A stretch of 64,000 bases of DNA. Source: Bacilli bacterium. Its GTDB lineage: Bacteria; Bacillota_I; Bacilli_A; RF39; UBA660. Where the stretch lies: positions 194,294 through 258,293 of the forward strand of contig JBBAFH010000001.1 in the NCBI GenBank assembly GCA_041655535.1. Reading direction: 5' to 3'. Positions 42,101 to 52,302 of the stretch are shown piece after piece. Both the position numbers and the translations under genes were made by a program. The notes beneath the pieces are model-generated. The model saw only the letters and a program-made list of their open reading frames with translations, searched no databases and was not told the DNA's origin. Each line of letters begins with the position of its first letter. The first letter of the stretch is position 1.

Positions 42101-42646
42101 AAAGAAAATAAGAACAATCCATTAAAACCTAAATTTATTGATTCTGGAATTCAATTTCAAGTTGGTAATACTTATCATAAACTATTAGAACATTTACCAT
42201 TCGTTGATTATAGTGATAATAGTTTAAAAGATGCCATAAATAAATTAGTTTCAGACAAAATAATTAGCATTGAAGAATTAAAATTAGTCAATATAAATAA
42301 AATTATTAATTTCTTTAATGATCAAATATATTTGAATAAAATTTTAGGAAGTAATATATATCGTGAGCATCAAATCACCTTTACTATAAATATTAATGAG
42401 TTGGAAGAAGATTCTAATCTTGAAGATGAAATTGTTGTTGAAGGAATTATTGACTTGTTTTGTGAAAAAGATAATTTCTATTATTTAATTGATTATAAAA
42501 GCGATGTTGTTACAAATGTCCAAGAATTAATATCTAGATACAAAAAACAATTAGATTTATATGAACATGCGTTATCTAAAAAAACAAAGGGACACATTAA
42601 AAAATACATATATTCATTTCATTTTGGAAAATTTTTAGAAATATAA
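39170..42646 (+). CDS. addA: ATP-dependent helicase/nuclease subunit A (AddA, UvrD-like SF1 helicase + PD-(D/E)XK nuclease)
   Basis: …NERGGKIIVSAAAGSGKTAVL… Walker A; …DEFQDTN…; …TIHKSKGLEFPVV…; C-terminal nuclease domain. Confidence 0.9.
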   Translation: MKWTNEQSLAINERGGKIIVSAAAGSGKTAVLSARIIDYILKGGSIDKLLVVTFTTLAAGEMKERIKKNINNAIINDPTNTHLQEQLLLVELAQIMTMDAFYNKLIKENFAQLNVSPDFKVIDEIEYKVVKLKTAKEVVETALEHNFDIKALLDNFVDYKNGTTIEDLIINFDEYINKIPNSDSWLEELISKYGTNDFNSSLWSELIYRELKSDFEGFKTLYDDVLEEIKLDDTLYDKLNIFLLNEREPLINVIEVINNKDFDKLTNLIKAINFERYPTIKGYGDNSTSIKIKTIRSSLKKVIKDYEETILHFGASFKNDLEKINIIIKELIEVTKIYRNSLKEFRKVNNAYSFDDIPHLVLKLLVQDYNFKTGLITKTSFAKTLSNNYDEILIDEFQDTNLVQNIIFSSLSKNDTNLFIVGDVKQSIYGFRSARPDLLISEKKDAYNDKFPKLINLSKNFRSRKEVLSFSNYLFSKIMSDKYGDISYDENEVLNLGASYLPSQENDVELHLLTNLTVDEDEELEEDISNYEKEAIIIAKRIKALFDSNYQVIDFKTNKYRNILKSDIAILLRSPGSFGNVLRETLINYGIDVYTDRAPIYFDNYEIKLVISLLKIIDNSYDDISLVAVLRSPIFGFLEDELLEIRNIDKYNYLIDNLKNKDTVKTKDFLNRLNDYQTKATSLSISKLLNYLYNDTKILAIMSSLDNGKNRVKNLLEMINHAQKYIDNGHTTLHDFITYIDTLIDNKYSLEGVNPASDKDSVLITTIHKSKGLEFPVVILPRLDKQFNFDDLKKDILMDNDYYLGFKLRNNEDFTINSNLILEVIKKEKKLKQLSEELRVLYVALTRAKEKLIMTGILKNIPKKIKEINSLIGNETSISLVYLKQSKSMLDWIIPIILKHNCGKELREMADIDTKLYNDEINLKLNILDLNTIDSLNPVVTNDVLKIIDINYIADALNYSYPYQKTNYKPKMSVTELKENKNNPLKPKFIDSGIQFQVGNTYHKLLEHLPFVDYSDNSLKDAINKLVSDKIISIEELKLVNINKIINFFNDQIYLNKILGSNIYREHQITFTININELEEDSNLEDEIVVEGIIDLFCEKDNFYYLIDYKSDVVTNVQELISRYKKQLDLYEHALSKKTKGHIKKYIYSFHFGKFLEI

Positions 42647-42680
42647 CGTATATTATGTTTTTTACTGTCTATAATAAAAA

Positions 42681-42745
42681 TGTCACTTAATTGTGACATT
42701 TTAAACCACACGTGAAATTACGTGTGGTTTTTGTTGTTTAAAAAT
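42681..42745 (+). terminator. Tandem hairpins / rho-independent terminator after addA
   Basis: aaatgtcac-ttaatt-gtgacattt then ccacacgt-gaaatt-acgtgtgg + tttttgttgttt. Confidence 0.8.
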
Positions 42746-42780
42746 GGCTATTATGTTAAAATTAAATTAACAATAGGGGA

Positions 42781-43470
42781 GTGAAGGAAATGCTAAAAAC
42801 TAAGAGCAAAGGAATTTTTATAGTTATATCAGGACCAAGTGGTGCTGGCAAAGGAACAATTTGTAAAGAACTTATGAAAACTAGTAATAATTTATGGTTA
42901 TCAATCTCAATGACTACAAGAGAACCACGCGTTGGAGAAACAAACGGTGTTGAATATTTCTTTGTTACTAAAGATGAATTCGAACAAAATATTAAAGATG
43001 GAAACATGCTTGAATATGCAACAATTCATAGTGGTCAATACTATGGAACACCAAAAGGTGAAATTACTAAATACTTGGACAACGGGATTGATGTAATCTT
43101 GGAAATTGATATAAATGGAGCCGTTCAAATCAAAGAATGTAATAAAGAAGCGTTATTTATATTTGTTTTACCACCAAGTATGGAAGAATTAAAAAACAGA
43201 TTAATAAAGCGTGGAACCGAAACAAAAGATAAAATTATTGAAAGATTCAAAAGAGGTTATCAAGAATTAAATAGTATTACTAAATATAACTATGTTGTTG
43301 TAAATGATGATTTAAATAATGCCGTTAATAAAGTTAAAGCTATTATTATGGCAGAACGATGCCGAGTTGATCGTATTGAAGATGCATTTCTAAATAATCC
43401 AGAAGAGTTTATACATGAAGAATTAATTGATAATAAATTATTTGAAAACGAGCCTATTGATTTTGAATAA
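42781..43470 (+). CDS. gmk: Guanylate kinase
   Basis: …IVISGPSGAGKGT… P-loop and GMP-binding region. Confidence 0.9.
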   Translation: MKEMLKTKSKGIFIVISGPSGAGKGTICKELMKTSNNLWLSISMTTREPRVGETNGVEYFFVTKDEFEQNIKDGNMLEYATIHSGQYYGTPKGEITKYLDNGIDVILEIDINGAVQIKECNKEALFIFVLPPSMEELKNRLIKRGTETKDKIIERFKRGYQELNSITKYNYVVVNDDLNNAVNKVKAIIMAERCRVDRIEDAFLNNPEEFIHEELIDNKLFENEPIDFE

Positions 43471-43489
43471 TTAAAATTGGAGGATTAAA

Positions 43490-46018
43490 ATGAAACTGTT
43501 GTATAAATTTGTTCTTAAAAACTTAAAACAAAATAGAAAAAGAACGATGGTTAGTATAATAGGAATTACTTTATCATGTTCTTTACTTTTTTGTGTTGGT
43601 TTATTTGCTTCAACTTATAGAGATAACGCACTTAGAGAGACTATTAGATATTATGGATCACATCATATTGAATATAATAACATTAATAAAGAAAAAATTG
43701 ATTTAATAAAGAATGACGCAACAGTTGATAAAGTAATTTTAAAAAAAATTGTTCAAATCGGAACTTTAATTATTGGAGAACATAATCAAGTAGCAAATAT
43801 TATTTCCATAGATTCTGATTATAATAATATGTTTTCTAAAATCAATGGTCGACTACCTAAAAATGAAAAAGAAGTTCTTATTTCTCATTCATTAGCACGA
43901 TTAAACAATTTAAATGTTAATGACATTTTAGAAATAACAAATGAGAATGAAAATTATAGTTATACAATAGTTGGTGTTTATTTTTTAGATGATTCCAGTA
44001 GTAGCCTAGGTTATAGTTATACTAGTGGTCCTGTCGAAAAAGTTTATACTTACTTTTTTGTAACAAAAAATGACAAGTTAAATGCTTTTGTTACTTTAAA
44101 ATCAACTAAAGACGGACTTTTAAAGTTGGAAAATTTAACAAAAAAATTAGACATTCCATTTTCCAAATTAGGTATTACTGATAGTAATGAATATTTTAAA
44201 ACTAATACTGATTTATTATTTCTATATGGCGAAATGTATAATGCTGGAACTTATGCCATAATATCCCTATCAGTAATGCTTATTTCTACTGTTTTAAGTG
44301 TTGTTTGTATCTTAATTATTTATAACTCGTTTGCAATATCAGTAACTGAAAGAAAAAGACAATTAGGGGTGTTATCAAGCATTGGTGCAACTCCATCACA
44401 AATAAAAAAATCGGTTTTTATTGAAGCGGGAATTATTAGTTTAATAGCTATTCCAATAAGTTTTATATTAAGTATTATAAATGTTTCATTTACTTTATTT
44501 ATATTAAATAAACTACTAGAAACAGTAATAAATGAACCATTAAAATTAGTAATCTATCCAAACTTTATGATGATTTCATTAGTTTTTGTTATTATTTCAA
44601 TCTTTCTATCAGCATTATTTCCAGCTGTACGCGCGAGTGAAATAACACCAATAGAAGCAATAAAATTAAACAAAGATATCAAAATTAAAGGGAAAAGAAT
44701 TAAAAGTAATAGACTTATTTCTAAACTTTTTGGTATTGAAGGTGAAATCGCCTTTAAAAATGTTAAAAGAAACAAAAAACGATTTAGAACAACAACTATA
44801 TCGTTAACCATAAGTATTATTTTATTTTTAGTAACAGCTACCTATATAAATGCTATTTTTGATAATGGCTTTGGTGATTATTATGATAATGATTACAACT
44901 ATGATGCAACTATAACAATTCCAGAAGGCAATGATCAAAAAGAAATAATTAATAAAATAAAAAAGGTAAGTGAAGTTAAAGATTATGTTCAATACAAACA
45001 ACAATTTTTATCAATAGAAAAAACAGATGATAAGTATTTTGATAGTTCTTTTTTAGAATTATTACTAAGAGGAAACGAAGTTGGTAAAAAACGAGTTGTT
45101 GTTGTTTCACTCGAAGATAATATATATCAAAGATATATGAAAAAACTAGGTTTAGATTCATATCAACCTATTATTCTGAATTCTATTAGGTTATCTTTTT
45201 ATAAGGGAGCATCATATGAAAAAGAGACGTTTGAAGGACAAATTTACAATGAAAATAAAAAATTATATATAAACTTTTGTAATTACAGCGATGATAGACT
45301 TGATAATATAAATAATTGTTACTATAAAATGGATAATTTTCACTATACTAAAACAAGTCCCTCTAAAGTTGGCAATTTCCAAACATTTATTATTGTTAAT
45401 GAAAGTATTTATGAGATGTTAAGGATTAATAATGAGACTATCAATTCAAGTAATTATGGAAACAATATTACAATTCAATTGAAGCTAAAAAATCCCCAAA
45501 AGTTTGATGAACAAATGATTAATATAATTCAAGAATATCCTGCTACCGTTATAGATTATCTAAATGTTAAATATGAAAATCAACAATCATATTTGTCACT
45601 ACTAGCTTTTCTGTTTGCAATTTATAGTTTTATAGCGTTCATTACTTTAATTACGGTTACGAGTGTGATTAACTCTATAAATACCAATGTTAGCTTAAGA
45701 AAAATAGAATTTGCGATGCTAAAAAGTGTTGGACAAAATCAAAAATCATTTAATAAAATGATTAGGTTAGAAAGTATGTTTTTAGGAATTAAATCATTAA
45801 TATATGGGTTAATAATGTCGTTTGGTCTAATTTATTTAATTATTCAAATCGGAACATTAGGTTATGAAGAGAGCAAAATGAAGATTAATGTTCCTACTAA
45901 CTCAATTATTATTTGTACTATTACTGTTTTCGCAATAATCTTTTTATCAATGTTTTATGCAACTAATAAAATGAAAAAAGAAAACATTATTGATACAATT
46001 CGTAAAGAAAACATTTAA
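43490..46018 (+). CDS. ABC transporter permease, FtsX/MacB-like with two FtsX domains (no adjacent ATPase)
   Basis: 842 aa; N-terminal TM + large extracytoplasmic domain + 3 TM, repeated. Confidence 0.7.
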   Translation: MKLLYKFVLKNLKQNRKRTMVSIIGITLSCSLLFCVGLFASTYRDNALRETIRYYGSHHIEYNNINKEKIDLIKNDATVDKVILKKIVQIGTLIIGEHNQVANIISIDSDYNNMFSKINGRLPKNEKEVLISHSLARLNNLNVNDILEITNENENYSYTIVGVYFLDDSSSSLGYSYTSGPVEKVYTYFFVTKNDKLNAFVTLKSTKDGLLKLENLTKKLDIPFSKLGITDSNEYFKTNTDLLFLYGEMYNAGTYAIISLSVMLISTVLSVVCILIIYNSFAISVTERKRQLGVLSSIGATPSQIKKSVFIEAGIISLIAIPISFILSIINVSFTLFILNKLLETVINEPLKLVIYPNFMMISLVFVIISIFLSALFPAVRASEITPIEAIKLNKDIKIKGKRIKSNRLISKLFGIEGEIAFKNVKRNKKRFRTTTISLTISIILFLVTATYINAIFDNGFGDYYDNDYNYDATITIPEGNDQKEIINKIKKVSEVKDYVQYKQQFLSIEKTDDKYFDSSFLELLLRGNEVGKKRVVVVSLEDNIYQRYMKKLGLDSYQPIILNSIRLSFYKGASYEKETFEGQIYNENKKLYINFCNYSDDRLDNINNCYYKMDNFHYTKTSPSKVGNFQTFIIVNESIYEMLRINNETINSSNYGNNITIQLKLKNPQKFDEQMINIIQEYPATVIDYLNVKYENQQSYLSLLAFLFAIYSFIAFITLITVTSVINSINTNVSLRKIEFAMLKSVGQNQKSFNKMIRLESMFLGIKSLIYGLIMSFGLIYLIIQIGTLGYEESKMKINVPTNSIIICTITVFAIIFLSMFYATNKMKKENIIDTIRKENI

Positions 46019-46074
46019 TTATAACTTTATCCATGATATAATTATGGAGTAATATAAAGCAATGGAGGTATTTT

Positions 46075-47079
46075 ATGACAAAAGAAAAAAAGCAAATAAA
46101 ACCAAAAGAAACAACTAAAAAAGCAAAAAATAATTCTGCTAAAAAAAATAAGTTAAATGAATTACCAATTGTTGAAGTTGAAGCAAAAGAGATAGTTTTA
46201 GATACTCCAACAACCATTCATCCCGTTGCTGGAAGAATAACATTAATTATTTTTATTGTTGTTTTTGGTGCTCTATCTTTTATAAGATATCAGAATAATC
46301 AAATTGCTCATAATAAATTAGTCCTTGATAATTTGGTTACTAAAGGTAGTGGTTTATATGAAGATACTATTGATACTGGTCTTGATGAAGAACTTCTTTA
46401 TTCATCAAAATATTATTTTCGCGGTAGTGATGTAAATAATTATTTAATATATAATGACAAATGTTTTAGGATTATTAATATTGCTCAAAATAAGGCATTA
46501 AAAGTAATGTATATTGGTGACACTCAAAATGAAAGTTGTGAAAATATTATCAATAATATTTCTAAAATTAAATGGGATGATCAAGGTGAAAACGTATGGT
46601 CAAAATCAAGTATCAAATCATATTTAGATAATTGGATTTCTAATGTTGATGATTCATTGATTGTTAAAGATGCTACTTGGTATATTGGAGGATTAAGATT
46701 TAATTCAAATCAAAGTTTAGCTATAGATATTGAAAATGAGCGTCAAACTGATTTAGATGATATTGTTATCTATAATGGCAAGGTTGGTTTAATTAATGCC
46801 AGTGATTATATGAAAGCAGCTCAAAGGTTGTGTTCAGTCGGTGCCTTTAATGATCAAAAAGAATGTGGCTTAAATAATTATTTAAATACTAAGAATTTTT
46901 GGACGATGAATAAGACTTATAATGATAATGAACGTTCTTGGGTAGTTGAAAACGGAATTATGCAAAGTAAATATACTAGCAATGAGAAATTTAATGCATA
47001 TCCTGTTATTTATTTAGATGGTAATATAAAATTAGTTGGTAATGGAAGTATAAATAATCCATACCAAATTAGGAAATAA
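46075..47079 (+). CDS. N-terminally anchored extracytoplasmic protein of unknown function
   Basis: Lys-rich N-terminus, single TM (ITLIIFIVVFGALSFI), ~270-aa soluble domain. Confidence 0.45.
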   Translation: MTKEKKQIKPKETTKKAKNNSAKKNKLNELPIVEVEAKEIVLDTPTTIHPVAGRITLIIFIVVFGALSFIRYQNNQIAHNKLVLDNLVTKGSGLYEDTIDTGLDEELLYSSKYYFRGSDVNNYLIYNDKCFRIINIAQNKALKVMYIGDTQNESCENIINNISKIKWDDQGENVWSKSSIKSYLDNWISNVDDSLIVKDATWYIGGLRFNSNQSLAIDIENERQTDLDDIVIYNGKVGLINASDYMKAAQRLCSVGAFNDQKECGLNNYLNTKNFWTMNKTYNDNERSWVVENGIMQSKYTSNEKFNAYPVIYLDGNIKLVGNGSINNPYQIRK

Positions 47080-47080
47080 C

Positions 47081-48022
47081 ATGTCTAATAATTTATATAT
47101 AGTTTATGGATTAGATTCGTTTTTAATTGACTTAGAAGTAAAAAAAATAATAGGTGATATTGACCCTATTAACATCGTTAAATATAATTTAGACGAACAT
47201 TTAATTGATTATGTAATCGATGATGCATCCACCTTATCATTATTCAGTCCACAAAAAACAATCATCATTAAAAACAGTAATATATTTACAAGTAGAAAAA
47301 ATGATTTGGAACATGATTTAAAAAAGATTGAAAAATATTTAAGTAATCCTAATCCGAATTCAACTTTAATTTTTATTGTTGAAACAGATAAATTAGATGA
47401 ACGCAAAAAGATTTATAAAATTATAAATAAAGAAGGGATTATAAAACATGTTGAAATCCCTAAAAATCTTACTAAATTTGTAACTGATTCATTTGATAAT
47501 TATAAAATAAACATTGATAATATTAATATATTATTAGATCGTGTAGGCAACAATTTAGGAGTTTTAACTCAAGAAATAAATAAATTAAAAATTTATAAAG
47601 ATGAAGATTTAATTATTACCAAAGAAGATATATTAGAAGTTACAAGTAAAAATAGTCAACCTGATTTATTTTTGTTTGTTGATTATATTGTAAACAAAGA
47701 CCTTGAAAAAGCTTTCGATATGTATAAGGAATTGAGAACGTTTAATGAAGAACCAATAATGATTATATCAATGCTTGCTAATAAATTTAGAATGATGTAT
47801 CAATCTAAATTATTAATTCAAAAAGGTTATACAATAAATGATATTGCTACTAATTTAGGAAGTCACCCCTACCCGGTAAAATTAGCAATTGAAAAGGGAA
47901 GGGAATACAGCAGTGAGCTACTGCTTAACTACCTAGAAAAACTAGCTGATCTTGATTTTAATATTAAGTCAGGTATTATTGATAAAGAACTAGGTTTAGA
48001 ATTATTTATTTTAAGCATTTAA
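47081..48022 (+). CDS. holA: DNA polymerase III delta subunit
   Basis: 313 aa, AAA+-like fold; typical clamp-loader delta sequence. Confidence 0.7.
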   Translation: MSNNLYIVYGLDSFLIDLEVKKIIGDIDPINIVKYNLDEHLIDYVIDDASTLSLFSPQKTIIIKNSNIFTSRKNDLEHDLKKIEKYLSNPNPNSTLIFIVETDKLDERKKIYKIINKEGIIKHVEIPKNLTKFVTDSFDNYKINIDNINILLDRVGNNLGVLTQEINKLKIYKDEDLIITKEDILEVTSKNSQPDLFLFVDYIVNKDLEKAFDMYKELRTFNEEPIMIISMLANKFRMMYQSKLLIQKGYTINDIATNLGSHPYPVKLAIEKGREYSSELLLNYLEKLADLDFNIKSGIIDKELGLELFILSI

Positions 48023-48046
48023 AAAACGGTTAATCCGTTTTTTTTA
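48021..48046. terminator. Bidirectional terminator between holA and rarA
   Basis: aaaaaacgg-ttaat-ccgtttttttt. Confidence 0.75.
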
Positions 48047-49241
48047 AGTTTTCATAAATTGTTTTTAAATTTTGTTCATATTTACTAGTTGCTTTGGGAT
48101 AATAATAAATAGCATTCTTTAAATTATCTGGTAGATATTGTTGCTTAACATAACCAAATGGATAGTCATGAGGATACAAATAATTACTTGAATGATTTTT
48201 TATGTGTGATGGTATACTAGCGCTTTTTCCTCTTCTAATATCATTGGTTGCGTTTTCAAGTGCTAGGTAAGCACTATTTGATTTAGGTGAAAGTGCAAGT
48301 TCAATTACAACAACACTCAAAGGAATTCTTGCTTCTGGTAATCCCATTCTCTCACAAGCATTAATAGCAGCATCAACCTTTGGTCCCATACTGGGATTAG
48401 CAAGACCGATATCTTCATAAGCAATGACCGACATTCTTCTATAAATACTATCTAAATCTTCTGCTTCAAGTAATTTAGCTAAATAATAAACAGCAGCATT
48501 TGCATCACTACCACGAATTGATTTTTGAAAAGCACTTAACAGATCGTAATGACCATCAGAATCTTTATCGTGAAAAAATACTGGTTTGCTATTTATATTT
48601 TTAATTACATCAATATTAATAACAAAATCACTTGTTGAATAATAAACAATTTCTAAGGTGTTATAAGCACTTCTAAGATCACCTGCAGATAAAGCTGCAA
48701 TATATTTAATACTATCATCATCAATTTTAATATCTTTTAAATGGCCACTGCTTACAGCTCTTTTAAGACCATCAATTATGTCATCTTCAGTTAATTCTTT
48801 AAGTTCAAATATTTGACAACGACTTCTAATAGCAGGGTTTATCTTATGATATGGATTAGAAGTTGTCATTCCAATTAAAGTAATTAAACCACTTTCTAAA
48901 TAAGGTAAAAGTAAATCTTGCTTATCCTTATTCATTCGGTGTATTTCATCCATTATAACAACCATACCATCATACATTTTTGCTTCTTCAATAACAATAT
49001 CAAAATCCTTTTTGTTATTAATGACAGCATTTAATAAACGATGTCTTAAATTTAATTCCGTTACAATAGCAACGGCTATACTAGTTTTACCAATTCCTGG
49101 TTTACCATATAAGATCGTAGAAAACAAACGGTTATTGTTAACCATATTGGTAATTATTTTATTTTCTCCAACTAAATGTTGCTGACCAATTATTTCGCTA
49201 ACTTTAGTAGGTCTAAGTTTTATTGCTAAAGGTTCATTCAT
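48030..49241 (-). CDS. rarA: Recombination factor RarA/MgsA (AAA+ ATPase)
   Basis: …LYGKPGIGKTSIA… Walker A, …VVIMDEIHR… Walker B, C-terminal MgsA domain. Confidence 0.85.
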   Translation of the reverse strand: MNEPLAIKLRPTKVSEIIGQQHLVGENKIITNMVNNNRLFSTILYGKPGIGKTSIAVAIVTELNLRHRLLNAVINNKKDFDIVIEEAKMYDGMVVIMDEIHRMNKDKQDLLLPYLESGLITLIGMTTSNPYHKINPAIRSRCQIFELKELTEDDIIDGLKRAVSSGHLKDIKIDDDSIKYIAALSAGDLRSAYNTLEIVYYSTSDFVINIDVIKNINSKPVFFHDKDSDGHYDLLSAFQKSIRGSDANAAVYYLAKLLEAEDLDSIYRRMSVIAYEDIGLANPSMGPKVDAAINACERMGLPEARIPLSVVVIELALSPKSNSAYLALENATNDIRRGKSASIPSHIKNHSSNYLYPHDYPFGYVKQQYLPDNLKNAIYYYPKATSKYEQNLKTIYENLKKTD

Positions 49242-49317
49242 GTTATCACCACTTACATTTTAACAAAATAAATAGTAAAATGATAGCATTTTTGCTATAA
49301 TTATAATAGGTGATAGG

Positions 49318-50211
49318 ATGAATGAGTTAAAAAATTATATTAATCAATTTTCAGATTATTTAATTATCGATAAAAAATATAGTTTTAATACTAAAGTAGG
49401 ATATGAATATTCCTTAATGAAATTTTATAATTTTTGTCAAGACCATGCGTTAAAACTTGAAAACATCAAAGATAAACATATAAAAGAATATTTGAAAAGT
49501 TTAACCAGCGAAAAAATAAGTAACAAAAGCATCAGTAGACACATAAGTTCATTAAAAAGTTTTTATAAATTTTTATTAATCGAAAAAATTATTTCAAATA
49601 ATCCAATGGAATACATTGAAGCACCCAAAATTCCAAAAACTATTCCATCTATTTTATCAATTGAAGAAATAAATCAATTACTAAACATTGAATTAAAAGA
49701 TATCTATAGTTATCGTGATAAAGCTATGATTGAATTAATGTATGCAACAGGACTTAGGGTTAGCGAGTTAATTAATTTAAAATTAAATGATGTTGATTTA
49801 CATTCGAATGTTTTAAAAACAATGGGTAAAGGAAGTAAAGAAAGAATTGTACCCATTGGTGAATATGCAACTAGTATTATTATTGAATACATCCATAATT
49901 CAAGACCTAAATTTTTGAAAAATAAAACAAGCGAGTATTTATTTGTAACTAAAAACGGTACTAACATGTCTCGCAATCATTTTTTTAGGATTTTACAAAG
50001 AATTGCTCAAAAGAAGGGGATTAGAACTCATTTTTCACCACATACTCTTAGACATTCGTTTGCCACTCATTTACTTAATAACGGAGCGGATTTAAGGGTA
50101 ATACAAGAACTTTTAGGACATTCTGATATATCAACAACTGAAATATATACACATGTATCAAATGATGCACTAAAGAAAAACTATATGGAATATCATCCAC
50201 ATAGTAAATAG
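49318..50211 (+). CDS. xerD: Tyrosine site-specific recombinase XerD
   Basis: …HTLRHSFATHLLNNGADLRVIQELLGHSDISTTEIYTHV… (R-H-R-Y catalytic signature); synteny xerD-deoB as in B. subtilis ripX-drm. Confidence 0.8.
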   Translation: MNELKNYINQFSDYLIIDKKYSFNTKVGYEYSLMKFYNFCQDHALKLENIKDKHIKEYLKSLTSEKISNKSISRHISSLKSFYKFLLIEKIISNNPMEYIEAPKIPKTIPSILSIEEINQLLNIELKDIYSYRDKAMIELMYATGLRVSELINLKLNDVDLHSNVLKTMGKGSKERIVPIGEYATSIIIEYIHNSRPKFLKNKTSEYLFVTKNGTNMSRNHFFRILQRIAQKKGIRTHFSPHTLRHSFATHLLNNGADLRVIQELLGHSDISTTEIYTHVSNDALKKNYMEYHPHSK

Positions 50212-50223
50212 AAGGAGAAAATT

Positions 50224-51387
50224 ATGAAATACAACAGAATATTTTTAATCATATTAGATTCATTAGGAATTGGTGGAGCTAAAGACGCTTTAAAATACAA
50301 TGATGAAGGTGCTAACACATTAGGTAATATAATAAAAGTTACTAATGTTTCATTACCAAATTTAGAAAAAATGGGACTACTTAATTTGTTAGAAAATAAT
50401 GAAACCCAAACTAATTCATACTACACAAGAGGAATTACTGTAAGTAATGGTAAAGATACCTTAACCGGTCATTTAGAAATGATGGGTATAAAAACAGAAG
50501 TGCCTGCTGTCACTTTTACTGATACAGGATTTCCAGCTGAATTAATAAATGAATTAGAGCATTTATCAGGGCGTAAAATTATTGGTAATATTAGTAGTAG
50601 TGGTACTGAAATAATTAAAGATTTAGGGGAAGAACATATGAAAACGGGAAGTATCATTGTATATACTTCAGCCGATAGTGTTCTTCAAATTGCTGCTCAT
50701 GAAGAAATAGTTCCGTTAGATGAATTATATAAAATATGTGAGATAGCAAGAAACTTAACTTTAAAAGATGAATGGAAAGTAGGGCGCATTATTGCAAGGC
50801 CATTTATTGGCACTCCTGATAACTTTACGAGAACATCAAATCGTAAAGATTACGCTCTAAATCCTCCTGCTAAAACAGTTTTAGACCATTTACAAAATAA
50901 TAATTATGATGTTTTATCAATCGGTAAAATAAAAGACATTTTTAATAATTGTGGTATAACCAAAAGTATTAAAACAAAAGATAATTTAGATGGTATTAAA
51001 ACAATTTTAAATACTATAAATACTGATTTTAAAGGACTTTGTTTTGCTAATCTTAACGACTTTGACTCTTTATACGGTCATAGGCGTAACCCAAAAGGAT
51101 ATGCTTCTTTAATTAAAGAATTTGATGACTATATTCCTAAAATATTGAATAATCTTAAAGATGATGATTTACTTATTATAACAGCTGATCATGGTAATGA
51201 TCCAACATTTAAAGGAACGGATCATACTAGAGAAAATGTACCGGTATTAATTTATTCAAAAAAAATAACTGAACCAAAAAGATTAGAAGATTTAGAAACA
51301 TTTGCTGATATTGGAGCAACTATTTCTAATAATTTTAATATACAAGCACCAGTTATAGGAACTAGTTTTTTAGAAAAATTAAAGTAA
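50224..51387 (+). CDS. deoB: Phosphopentomutase
   Basis: MKYNRIFLIILDSLGIG…; …ITADHGNDPT… metalloenzyme core. Confidence 0.9.
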   Translation: MKYNRIFLIILDSLGIGGAKDALKYNDEGANTLGNIIKVTNVSLPNLEKMGLLNLLENNETQTNSYYTRGITVSNGKDTLTGHLEMMGIKTEVPAVTFTDTGFPAELINELEHLSGRKIIGNISSSGTEIIKDLGEEHMKTGSIIVYTSADSVLQIAAHEEIVPLDELYKICEIARNLTLKDEWKVGRIIARPFIGTPDNFTRTSNRKDYALNPPAKTVLDHLQNNNYDVLSIGKIKDIFNNCGITKSIKTKDNLDGIKTILNTINTDFKGLCFANLNDFDSLYGHRRNPKGYASLIKEFDDYIPKILNNLKDDDLLIITADHGNDPTFKGTDHTRENVPVLIYSKKITEPKRLEDLETFADIGATISNNFNIQAPVIGTSFLEKLK

Positions 51388-51441
51388 TTTAGTTAATTAT
51401 CCCTAACTAATTCATATAATTATTTAGGGGGAGTTAATTGT

Positions 51442-51897
51442 ATGCAAAATAATTATAATAAAATTGGCCATATAGAAGTTTTAAACGAGTATTTAGCCAA
51501 TTTAAAAGTTCTTAATAATAACTTATATAATTTGCACTTCAATGTCATTGGTGAACATTTTTTCACTTTACATAAAAAACTAGATGATTACTATAATAAA
51601 GTAGCTAATATGTATGACGCTATTGCTGAAAGAATTAAAATGCTAGATCAATATCCAATTACTTCATTAGTTGAATATGAGGAAAAATCAACGATTAAAT
51701 CAATGCGTAGTCAAGATTTCACAACTAAACAAGTATATAGTGTACTTATTAACGATTTCAGTTTCATGTTAGCCTTTTCTAAAGAATTAGAAGAGTATTC
51801 TAGTGGGATAAATGATCATATAACATCTAGTTTAATGGGCGATAACATTAATTTTTTTGAAAAAGAATTATGGATGTTAACTGCCAGTAATAAATAG
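51442..51897 (+). CDS. dps: Dps-family DNA-protection/ferritin-like protein
   Basis: 151 aa; …LHFNVIGEHFFTLHKKLDDYY… ferroxidase site. Confidence 0.8.
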   Translation: MQNNYNKIGHIEVLNEYLANLKVLNNNLYNLHFNVIGEHFFTLHKKLDDYYNKVANMYDAIAERIKMLDQYPITSLVEYEEKSTIKSMRSQDFTTKQVYSVLINDFSFMLAFSKELEEYSSGINDHITSSLMGDNINFFEKELWMLTASNK

Positions 51898-51899
51898 TA

Positions 51900-51958
51900 G
51901 ACCCCTTCTTTATAAATAAAAGGGGAGTAATAGAAAAAGGAATATTAATTTATTCCTT
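51900..51958. terminator. Convergent terminators (two hairpins)
   Basis: cccctt-N12-aagggg and aaggaata-ttaattt-attcctttttc. Confidence 0.65.
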
Positions 51959-51969
51959 TTCTTGTGGGC

Positions 51970-52209
51970 TTATTTACAATCTCTTAATTCAAAGGAATGC
52001 TCTGAATCTTCATCAAGCTCAAACGATCTATCAGAATTTTTTGTATCAAATCCAACTGATTGATTGTTTGTTGCATTGTTGTTTTTAGTAGAAGTATTTT
52101 TGGCATTATTATTGTTATTATTTTTGCCTTGAACATTCTTATTTTGATTGTTCATTTTACTTTTACTGTTATCAGATTGTAACATCTTATTCTTTTTCAT
52201 TATAATCAC
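51970..52209 (-). CDS. Small Asn/Lys-rich low-complexity protein, unknown function
   Basis: 79-aa ORF (GTG at 52209 or ATG at 52200 after GGGTGA). Confidence 0.35.
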   Translation of the reverse strand: MIIMKKNKMLQSDNSKSKMNNQNKNVQGKNNNNNNAKNTSTKNNNATNNQSVGFDTKNSDRSFELDEDSEHSFELRDCK

Positions 52210-52302
52210 CCATTTATATTATGGTTAGAAATTATTTAATTATTATATAAATTTTATAAAATAGGTGTATTTATTGCATTATCAATAACTTCCCAAACAA
52301 AC

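Noticed and set aside
49318-50211. XerD considered as the prophage's own integrase
   Set aside because: Gene is 2 kb outside the dif-like repeats and shows conserved xerD-deoB synteny known from B. subtilis; interpreted as host XerD exploited by the element
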